Shown here: piece by piece, positions 1 through 6,690 of the stretch | Layout: each line of letters begins with the position of its first letter | How positions within the stretch are numbered: position 1 is the first letter of the stretch | NCBI GenBank assembly: GCA_964551215.1 | Contig: CAZKBV010000004.1 | Location: 1 to 41,264 of the forward strand | DNA: 41,264 bases | Direction of reading: 5' to 3' | Origin: an uncultured Oscillospiraceae bacterium | GTDB taxonomy: Bacteria > Bacillota > Clostridia > UMGS1883 | Notes under the pieces: generated by a model | Database searches by the model: none | What the model was told of the DNA's origin: nothing | What the model saw: only the letters and a program-made list of their open reading frames with translations | Made by a program: the position numbers and the translations under genes

Positions 1-59
1 AAAGTGTTGCCTATCATTACAAACGTACACAACAGAAGCCGTTTTCCGCAACTTTTTTC

Positions 60-88
60 TTGACATTCCGCGCCTTTAATGGTAAAAT
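60..88 (+). promoter_or_regulatory. SigA/sigma-70-type promoter for proS
   Basis: TTGACA (60-65), 17-nt spacer, TAAAAT (83-88), about 40 nt upstream of the proS start. Confidence 0.6.
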
Positions 89-90
89 AC

Positions 91-122
91 ATTGTATAAC
101 AACATAATTGTATAACAACATA
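91..122 (+). repeat. Perfect 16-bp tandem duplication ATTGTATAACAACATA x2 in the proS leader
   Basis: Read directly: 91-106 equals 107-122, lying between the -10 box and the RBS AAAGGA. Confidence 0.95.
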
Positions 123-127
123 AAGGA

Positions 128-1576
128 TTGATGCAAATGGCAGAAGAAAAACGATTTGTGGAGGAAATCACGCCTATGGACGTGGATTTCGCCCGCTGGT
201 ACACGGATATTGTAAAAAAGGCCGACTTGATTGAGTATTCCTCCGTCAAGGGCTGCTGTGTTATCCGCCCATACGCTTACTCCCTTTGGGAAAACATTCA
301 GAAAACCCTCGATTCCATGTTTAAGGCTACAGGGCATCAAAATGTGTATATGCCCATGTTCATTCCGGAAAGCCTTCTCCAAAAGGAGAAAGACCACGTT
401 GAGGGCTTCGCCCCCGAGGTGGCGTGGGTAACTGTGGGCGGCAACGAAAAGCTTCAGGAGCGTCTTTGCGTGCGTCCCACCAGTGAAACGCTTTTTTGCG
501 ACCATTACAAAAATATAATCCACTCCCACAGGGATCTGCCCAAGCTGTACAATCAGTGGTGCAGTGTTGTGCGCTGGGAAAAAACCACCCGTCCCTTCCT
601 TCGCACCACGGAATTTTTGTGGCAGGAGGGTCACACCGCCCACGCCACGGAGGAAGAAGCTCAGGCCGAGACGGAGCGTATGCTCAACGTTTACGCCGAT
701 TTCTGCGAAAACTATCTCGCTATCCCCGTTGTCAAGGGGCGCAAAACGGATAAGGAAAAATTTGCCGGCGCGGTAGCAACCTACACCATCGAAAGCCTTA
801 TGCACGACGGCAAAGCCCTTCAGAGCGGAACAAGTCATAACTTCGGCGACGGCTTCGCAAAGGCCTTCGGCATCCAATATACGGATAAGAACAATAAATT
901 GCAATACGTCCACCAGACGTCTTGGGGCGTAACCACAAGGCTTATCGGCGCAATAATAATGGTACACGGCGACGACAGCGGTCTTGTGCTTCCTCCAAGA
1001 ATCGCTCCCGTGCAGCTTATGATTATCCCAATCGCCATGCACAAGGAGGGCGTAAAAGAAAAGGCCGAGGAGCTTAAAGAGCGGCTTTCCGCTTCCGTTC
1101 GTGCCGATATCGACCTCAGTGACAAGAATCCCGGCTGGAAGTTCAGCGAATATGAAATGAAGGGCGTTCCCCTGCGTCTCGAAATCGGCCCCAAGGACAT
1201 TGAGAAGAACAGCTGCGTTCTTGTGCGCCGTGACACAAGGGAAAAAATCCCCGTCTCTTTGGACGAGCCGGAAGCAAAGGTTTCCGAGGTTCTCGAGGAT
1301 ATTCAAGCTTCCCTGTTCGCCAAGGCTCTCGCCCATCGGGAAAGCTGCACATATACCGCCGAAAACTACGAGCAGTTCAAGGATATTGCCGAAAACAAGC
1401 CCGGCTTTATAAAAGCCATGTGGTGCGGAGACGAGAAATGCGAGGACAAAATCAAAGAGGACACCGGAGCGACCTCCCGCTGTATGCCCTTTGAGCAGGA
1501 AGTCATCGGGGATAACAAGTGTGTTTGCTGCGGCAGGGAAGCCAAGGCTATGGTTTACTGGGGCAAGGCGTATTAA
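128..1576 (+). CDS. proS: Prolyl-tRNA synthetase, archaeal/eukaryote-like type without INS editing insert
   Basis: 482-aa ORF with class II aaRS ProRS-like sequence throughout. Cys-rich C-terminal module ends in YWGKAY. The track start is TTG at 128; ATG at 131 or 137 after AAAGGA is more likely. Confidence 0.95.
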   Translation: MMQMAEEKRFVEEITPMDVDFARWYTDIVKKADLIEYSSVKGCCVIRPYAYSLWENIQKTLDSMFKATGHQNVYMPMFIPESLLQKEKDHVEGFAPEVAWVTVGGNEKLQERLCVRPTSETLFCDHYKNIIHSHRDLPKLYNQWCSVVRWEKTTRPFLRTTEFLWQEGHTAHATEEEAQAETERMLNVYADFCENYLAIPVVKGRKTDKEKFAGAVATYTIESLMHDGKALQSGTSHNFGDGFAKAFGIQYTDKNNKLQYVHQTSWGVTTRLIGAIIMVHGDDSGLVLPPRIAPVQLMIIPIAMHKEGVKEKAEELKERLSASVRADIDLSDKNPGWKFSEYEMKGVPLRLEIGPKDIEKNSCVLVRRDTREKIPVSLDEPEAKVSEVLEDIQASLFAKALAHRESCTYTAENYEQFKDIAENKPGFIKAMWCGDEKCEDKIKEDTGATSRCMPFEQEVIGDNKCVCCGREAKAMVYWGKAY

Positions 1577-1580
1577 AAAT

Positions 1581-1655
1581 TTTTAAATCGGAGCAACGCT
1601 CCACTTTGCTTGCAAGGAGTGGAGCTTGCGATAGATTGCAACCGGCGCAGGGAGC
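1581..1655 (+). repeat. 75-bp structured intergenic repeat, copy A
   Basis: 22-nt arm TTTTAAATCGGAGCAACGCTCC is identical to the reverse complement of 9394-9415. The 33-nt arm AGCTTGCGATAGATTGCAACCGGCGCAGGGAGC matches the reverse complement of 9341-9373 at 31/33. The 20-nt core is divergent and contains a palindrome. Confidence 0.9.
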
Positions 1656-1670
1656 GTAAGCTCCTCAGGG

Positions 1671-1738
1671 TTTCAGTGGGAGATTATAACTCCCACTGAA
1701 ATTCTGAAGTGTCCCCCGCCGCCTTAGAGGCGGGGGAC
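1671..1738 (+). other. Two strong stem-loops without U-tracts in the proS 3' region
   Basis: 12-bp stem TTTCAGTGGGAG/CTCCCACTGAAA (1671-1701, 7-nt loop) and 10-bp GC stem GTCCCCCGCC/GGCGGGGGAC (1711-1738). Confidence 0.7.
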
Positions 1739-1768
1739 ATCTGCGCTTAGGTTATATTGTTGCCTATT

Positions 1769-1806
1769 AAAAACGGTTCGTCATGCAAACGAACCGTTTT
1801 TCTTTA
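1769..1806. terminator. Bidirectional rho-independent terminator between convergent proS and the GTPase-NYN gene
   Basis: AAAAACGGTTCG / CGAACCGTTTTT stem of about 12 bp with a 9-nt loop. A-run upstream and T-run downstream. Confidence 0.8.
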
Positions 1807-1877
1807 TAACCTACGCGCGGATGTCCCTCGCCTGTCGCCGCGCTGCTTCGCGATTGCTCCGACTTAAAAACAATCAG

Positions 1878-4487
1878 CTATTCCGTCGACGGCGGAATCT
1901 CCATGTACGCCCTGTTTTTATCCGCCTCAAACGTCCGAAGAATATCTCTTATGGCATTTTCCGCATTTTCAACCTCCGTCTGAAGCTCTCCGGCGGAAAT
2001 TCTCAATGCTCCGCCGCCTAAGGTTATTATCTGCTCCAGCCGGTCGGAGGTCGCTACACGCACCCTGTGATTTTTTACCAGCTTGTGGGTCACCTTTTCA
2101 ATATACATATCGGCGGTTTCCGCTTCCTTTGTGTACACAACGTCGATATTGCCGATTCTTTCGGTTTCTCCCCTGTTGCCCTTTACCTTATAGGCGTCGA
2201 ACACCACAATTATTTCAATGCCGCTGTAGCCCTTGAAATTGGAAAGTATGTCTATAAGGGCGCTTCGGGCGGCTTCGGGGCTTTCGTCCGCCGTTTTTTT
2301 CAGCTTATCCCATGAAAAAATCACATTGTAGCCGTCCACAAGCAGATATTCCGGCCCTGTAGGAACGGGGCGGGACTTGTATTTTTCCGCCTCCTCACTT
2401 TTGGGAGGCTCTTTTCTTGTTTCCATCGAATAACGGATATCCCGGCGTATGGGGCCGTATGTCCGCTCAAATATTTTTATAAGCTCCGCGTCGTCCGCCG
2501 CGCGGGATATATAATCCATCGCCCGCCGCTTTGCCGAGGCTTCCTGCTCCGAGCCGCCAAGGGAATATCCGCTTTGAAAGTGCATACTTTTTGCGGCCTC
2601 GTTCCACTTCACGGTGTATCCCGCGCCTCCGGCGCAGAACACCGAGTCCGCCGGATTGTCCAAATCGGACGCCGGGTCATATGCCGCCGCGCTTATTACC
2701 TCATCGCTGTTATGGCACGGACGGTATCCGCCGAATCTGTAGCTGAGCCTTCCCCGCCCTCCCGTATAGGACGCCGTTTCCGCGGCATAGTCCTGCATTT
2801 CCGAAGCCGGAGCTTCCCCCTTTATTACAGCCTCCGTCCCCTTCAGCAGCGGTCGGGAAAACTCCGCTCCCATTCTTTGAAGGTCGGCAAGCGCCCGTCC
2901 CAAGCCTTCCGGCGGAACCGTAAGCTCAAAAGCGTAATACGGTTCCAGCAGCACCGACTCAGCTTGCATAAGTCCTTGGCGCACCGCCCTGTATGTGGCC
3001 TGACGGAAGTCGCCGCCCTCAGTGTGCTTTTTGTGGGCGCGGCCACCTATTAACGTAATTTTCATATCCGTTACGGGCGCTCCCGTCAAAACGCCACGGT
3101 GCTGCTTTTCATAAAGATGTGTGAGAATAAGCCGCTGCCAGTTTTTGTCAAGGACGTCCTCGCCGCAATCGCTGCCGAATACAAGGCCGCTCCCCCTCGG
3201 CCCCGGCTCCATAAGCAAATGCACCTCGGCATAGTGGCGCAAGGGTTCATAATGCCCACAGCCCACAACGGAGGAATTAATGGTTTCCTTATAGGCGATG
3301 CTCCCCTTGCCGAAGGAAATATCGTAGCCGAAGCGATCCTTTACCAGCCTTGCCAGCACCTCAAGCTGTACCGCGCCCATCAGCCTCACCTTTATTTCCC
3401 GATGCTGTTCGCTCCACTCGACGCGGAGCTGAGGCTCCTCCTGTTCAAGAAGGCGGAGCTGTTTAAGAGCGGTTTGAGGGTTCACCTCCGGCGGCAGTAT
3501 AACGCGGCAGCTCAAAACAGGCTCCAGCAAAGGGAGAACGCCGCCCTTTTCGTATCCCAACCCTTCTCCGGCCTTGACCTGAGAAAGGCCGGATACGGCG
3601 CAAACATCTCCCGCCGAAGCTTCTTCTGTCTCCTTATATTTTGCTCCGGAGTATATTCTTATGCGGCTCACCTTTTCCGAAAGCCCGTTTTGTTCTATAA
3701 CATCCCGAACGTGAAGCTCTCCGCCGGTGATTTTCATGTACGCCAGCCGTCCCAGCCTTTCGTCCTCGGCAATTTTAAACACTCTTGCCCCGAACGCGGA
3801 TGGATATTTTCTGCCTCGGGTGTATTTCAAAAACACGCAGATAAATTCCTTCACCCCGTTTTGCTTCAATGCCGCCCCGAACATACAGGGGAAAACATTT
3901 CTTCGTTTTACGCAAGCGGCGACGGTTTCCTCTTCAAGGGCTTCCTTTTCGAGAAATTCCTCCGTAAGCGCGTCGTCAAGCATGGCAAGCTCCTCTCCCA
4001 GCTTGTATGCGTCCTCTTCCCCGAAATCCACGAAGCCCTTCCCCAGCCGATTATTGAGGGAATCAATAATTTCCCTTCGGGAATAAGCCGCGATGTCGGT
4101 TTTGTTTACAAACACAAAAACAGGAACCCTGTACCTTTCCAGAAGCCGCCACAGAGTTTCCGTATGGCTCTGAACGCCCTCTGCGGCGCTGATTACCAGT
4201 ATGGCGTAATCCAAAACGCTGAGGGTTCTCTCGGTTTCCGCGGAAAAATCCACATGGCCGGGAGTGTCCAGAAGCATTATTTCCGTTTCGGGAAAATGAA
4301 GCAGAGCCTGCTTGGAAAATATGGTAATTCCCTTTTCTTTTTCTATGGCATAGGTGTCCAAAAAGGCGTTTTTGTGATCTACCCGTCCCAATGTGCGTAT
4401 TTCTCCGGCCTCGTAAAGCAGACTTTCGGAAAGGGTGGTCTTTCCGGCGTCAACATGGGCCAATATTCCTACCGTAAGTTTTTTCAT
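1878..4487 (-). CDS. EF-G/Tet(M)-family translational GTPase fused to a C-terminal YacP/Rae1-like NYN ribonuclease domain
   Basis: G1 AHVDAGKTT, G3 DTPGH and G4 NKTD, with a Tet(M)/EF-G-like length for the first ~640 aa. The last ~157 aa carry LLVDGYN, VVFDA, ETADMYIE and TSDRLEQ, as in B. subtilis YacP/Rae1. ATG at 4487 follows AAGGGA; the track ATG at 4496 lies inside the RBS. Confidence 0.85.
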   Translation of the reverse strand: MKKLTVGILAHVDAGKTTLSESLLYEAGEIRTLGRVDHKNAFLDTYAIEKEKGITIFSKQALLHFPETEIMLLDTPGHVDFSAETERTLSVLDYAILVISAAEGVQSHTETLWRLLERYRVPVFVFVNKTDIAAYSRREIIDSLNNRLGKGFVDFGEEDAYKLGEELAMLDDALTEEFLEKEALEEETVAACVKRRNVFPCMFGAALKQNGVKEFICVFLKYTRGRKYPSAFGARVFKIAEDERLGRLAYMKITGGELHVRDVIEQNGLSEKVSRIRIYSGAKYKETEEASAGDVCAVSGLSQVKAGEGLGYEKGGVLPLLEPVLSCRVILPPEVNPQTALKQLRLLEQEEPQLRVEWSEQHREIKVRLMGAVQLEVLARLVKDRFGYDISFGKGSIAYKETINSSVVGCGHYEPLRHYAEVHLLMEPGPRGSGLVFGSDCGEDVLDKNWQRLILTHLYEKQHRGVLTGAPVTDMKITLIGGRAHKKHTEGGDFRQATYRAVRQGLMQAESVLLEPYYAFELTVPPEGLGRALADLQRMGAEFSRPLLKGTEAVIKGEAPASEMQDYAAETASYTGGRGRLSYRFGGYRPCHNSDEVISAAAYDPASDLDNPADSVFCAGGAGYTVKWNEAAKSMHFQSGYSLGGSEQEASAKRRAMDYISRAADDAELIKIFERTYGPIRRDIRYSMETRKEPPKSEEAEKYKSRPVPTGPEYLLVDGYNVIFSWDKLKKTADESPEAARSALIDILSNFKGYSGIEIIVVFDAYKVKGNRGETERIGNIDVVYTKEAETADMYIEKVTHKLVKNHRVRVATSDRLEQIITLGGGALRISAGELQTEVENAENAIRDILRTFEADKNRAYMEIPPSTE

Positions 4488-4506
4488 AGCGTACATCCCT
4501 TGGATA

Positions 4507-5154
4507 TTACTGCTTCAATACCTTTTTGACTTGCTCTTCCTTGCCCATAACAAGGATATTTTCGCCCTGCTTGAACACGTATCCGGGGCCGGGCTGAGGA
4601 TAAAGCTTGTCGTCTTTTCTCACCGCCAGAATGTCTAACCCGTACTTGGCGCGGACATCCTTTTCCAGAATACTTTTGCCCCTCCACCCCGCCGGAGCGG
4701 CAATCTCAAATATGCCGTACTCATCATCCAGCACGAAATAGTCAAACACATTCCTCGCGCCGTATTTTACGGCAAGCTGCTCGGCGATATCCCGTTCGGC
4801 GTAAACAACGTAGTCCGCGCCGTTTCTTAGCAGCAGCTTTTTATGCACGTCCCTTGTGGCGCGGGCGATAATATATTTTGCCCCGAAATCCGCCGCAAGG
4901 ACTGTGGTTTCCAGCGCTTTAAGGAAGTTATCCCCTATGGCGACCACCACAATGTCGAAATTCCCCACTCCCAGCGACGCCATAAATTCGGAATCCGACG
5001 AATCGCCTATCTGCGCGTTGCGCACAAAGCCCAGCACGGAATTTACTCTTTCCTCGCTTATATCCACCGCAAGCACGGAATTTCCTTCCTCGATAAATTT
5101 CTGAGCCATATGGCGGCCAAAGCGTCCAAGACCTATTATAAGAATTGATTTCAC
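4507..5154 (-). CDS. ktrA: K+ uptake system peripheral NAD-binding subunit (TrkA-N/TrkA-C, KtrA type)
   Basis: 215 aa. Rossmann motif IIGLGRFG and a KtrA-like length. Confidence 0.9.
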   Translation of the reverse strand: MKSILIIGLGRFGRHMAQKFIEEGNSVLAVDISEERVNSVLGFVRNAQIGDSSDSEFMASLGVGNFDIVVVAIGDNFLKALETTVLAADFGAKYIIARATRDVHKKLLLRNGADYVVYAERDIAEQLAVKYGARNVFDYFVLDDEYGIFEIAAPAGWRGKSILEKDVRAKYGLDILAVRKDDKLYPQPGPGYVFKQGENILVMGKEEQVKKVLKQ

Positions 5155-5166
5155 GGATAATTCCTC

Positions 5167-6510
5167 CTATCCTATCTGCACAGGCTCCGTGGGCAGACTT
5201 GACGGCACGTTTTTCTTTGTGCCGATAGCCGAAAGCACCGTAACAGAGCCTGCCCGTCCCACAAGCATAAGCAATATTACTATAATTTTTGAAGCCGCGC
5301 CTAAGTCTCTTGTTATTCCAAGGCTCAGCCCCACTGTGGCAATCGCCGACGCGGCCTCAAAAAACGCCGCGTCCATGGGAAGCTTATCGACAAAGGATAT
5401 AAACACCGCCGAAAACAGTGTCGCCATTATATAGAAAACTATCACCACCAAAGCCGTTCTCTGGGTGTTTTCGTCTATTCTTCTGCCGAAACATTCGGCG
5501 TGCTTTCTTCCCCGGATAATGGATATGGCCGAAATAAAGGGAATCGCCACCGTGGTGGTTTTCATTCCTCCGGCTGTCGAGCCTGTGGAGCCGCCCGCAA
5601 GCATAAGGCATATCATAACTATTTTGCTGTGAACGGTAAGGGCGTTTAGGTCAACGGTGTTAAAGCCGGCGGTTCTGGCCGAAACAGACTGAAAGCATGA
5701 ATAGAGCAGCTTCTTCCACAGGCTCGTATGTCCGTAAAGAGAGCCGCCGTTTTCAAACAGAATCAATAGCCCCGTCCCCATAGCGGTAAGCACAAGGCTC
5801 ACCGTAAGCACAAGCTTTGTGTGGAGGCTTATGTTTTTCAGGCTGTGGCGGTTGTTCCACAGATCCTCCCATACAAAAAAGCCCAGTCCGCCGATTATTA
5901 TCAACAGCATCAGTATAACGTTGACGTAAACATTGTCCCGAAGGCTTGTCATTGAGGAATATTCCTCCACGCTTCCCATAAGGTCAAAGCCCGCGTTGCA
6001 GAAAGCCGACACAGAGTGGAAAATGCCGTAATATATTCCCTTAAGCCCCAGCTTCGGGCAGTAATAAGCGGAAAGCAGCGCGGCTCCCGCGCCCTCGCAA
6101 ATAACCGTGCAGCGGATTATCAGCTTTGTCAGGCGCGCCACTTCGCTCAGCTTCGGCAGGGAAATGGCATCCTTTGTCAGCAGTCTTAAATTAAGCCCCA
6201 AAGGTATCCTTGTGAAGGATATAGCCGTGACCGCAATTGTCATGAATCCAAGGCCGCCTATCTGTATTAAAGACAGTATCACAAGCTGGCCGAAAATGGA
6301 CCAGTACGAAAACGTGTCCCGCAGAACAAGCCCCGTAACGCAGGCGGAGCTTGTGGCCGTAAAAAGAGCCGTAAGCGGGCTTGTAAATTTTCCGCTTACG
6401 GAAGAAACCGGCAGCGCCAGCAAAAACGCTCCGGCAAGTATAATAAGGCAGTACCCCAAAAGAAGGGTTTGCGTGGGGGAAAGCTCCTTTTTGTTTTTCC
6501 GAGGCTCCAA
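5167..6510 (-). CDS. ktrB: K+ transporter membrane subunit (TrkH/KtrB family)
   Basis: 447-aa polytopic membrane protein with repeated pore-loop GGxG-like segments (IGGLGF, GGSTGSTAGGMK). TTG start 7 nt after AAAGAGGTG. Confidence 0.9.
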   Translation of the reverse strand: MEPRKNKKELSPTQTLLLGYCLIILAGAFLLALPVSSVSGKFTSPLTALFTATSSACVTGLVLRDTFSYWSIFGQLVILSLIQIGGLGFMTIAVTAISFTRIPLGLNLRLLTKDAISLPKLSEVARLTKLIIRCTVICEGAGAALLSAYYCPKLGLKGIYYGIFHSVSAFCNAGFDLMGSVEEYSSMTSLRDNVYVNVILMLLIIIGGLGFFVWEDLWNNRHSLKNISLHTKLVLTVSLVLTAMGTGLLILFENGGSLYGHTSLWKKLLYSCFQSVSARTAGFNTVDLNALTVHSKIVMICLMLAGGSTGSTAGGMKTTTVAIPFISAISIIRGRKHAECFGRRIDENTQRTALVVIVFYIMATLFSAVFISFVDKLPMDAAFFEAASAIATVGLSLGITRDLGAASKIIVILLMLVGRAGSVTVLSAIGTKKNVPSSLPTEPVQIG

Positions 6511-6563
6511 CGATTTACACCTCTTTTTGGCAGGAAACGCATATCTTGCGGAGGCTGCCTGTA

Positions 6564-6592
6564 AATTTACATTTCAAAGAATCCTTTGTCAA
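6564..6592 (-). promoter_or_regulatory. SigA-type promoter for ktrB-ktrA, and probably the GTPase-NYN gene
   Basis: Minus sense reads TTGACA (6592-6587), 17-nt spacer, TAAATT (6569-6564). Leader to the TTG start is only about 50 nt. Confidence 0.55.
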
Positions 6593-6606
6593 AAATCCTT
6601 TGTCAA
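6580..6606 (-). repeat. Tandem direct repeat of TTGACAAAGGATT (14-bp period) that duplicates the -35 box
   Basis: AATCCTTTGTCAA occurs at 6580-6592 and again at 6594-6606 on the plus strand. Confidence 0.9.
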
Positions 6607-6625
6607 TACATATTTTGCCCGCGCA

Positions 6626-6659
6626 CGAAACGCCGTAATCCTCGGAGCGCGGCGTTTCG
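6626..6659. terminator. 10-bp stem-loop after the 835-aa gene, with its T-tract on the opposite (plus) strand
   Basis: CGAAACGCCG (6626-6635) pairs with CGGCGTTTCG (6650-6659). The plus strand continues GGGGCAGTTTTTTATTTTTT. On the minus (gene) sense an A-rich tract precedes the stem and no U-tract follows it. Confidence 0.35.
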
Positions 6660-6690
6660 GGGCAGTTTTTTATTTTTTCTTTTATTTTTT

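Noticed and set aside
1-127. T-box leader upstream of proS
   Set aside because: The promoter at 60-88 leaves only about 40 nt of leader. That is too little for a specifier/antiterminator structure, and no T-box sequence is seen.
17-1336. 439-aa ORF on the minus strand opposite proS
   Set aside because: It is fully antisense to a confidently identified ProRS gene, has no recognisable motifs or RBS, and is a typical shadow ORF in GC-rich coding DNA.
1878-4487. Calling the GTPase a tetracycline-resistance ribosomal protection protein
   Set aside because: Family-level similarity to Tet(M)/EF-G alone does not establish resistance. The extra NYN domain and chromosomal operon context argue for a different function. 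No mobile-element context is present.
3099-4529. 476-aa plus-strand ORF antisense to the GTPase-NYN gene
   Set aside because: Shadow ORF with low-complexity composition and no domain signatures. The opposite strand encodes clear GTPase motifs.
6511-6563. c-di-AMP (ydaO/kimA-type) riboswitch upstream of ktrB
   Set aside because: The distance from the predicted promoter to the start codon is about 50 nt and the sequence is unstructured, which is too short for that riboswitch.
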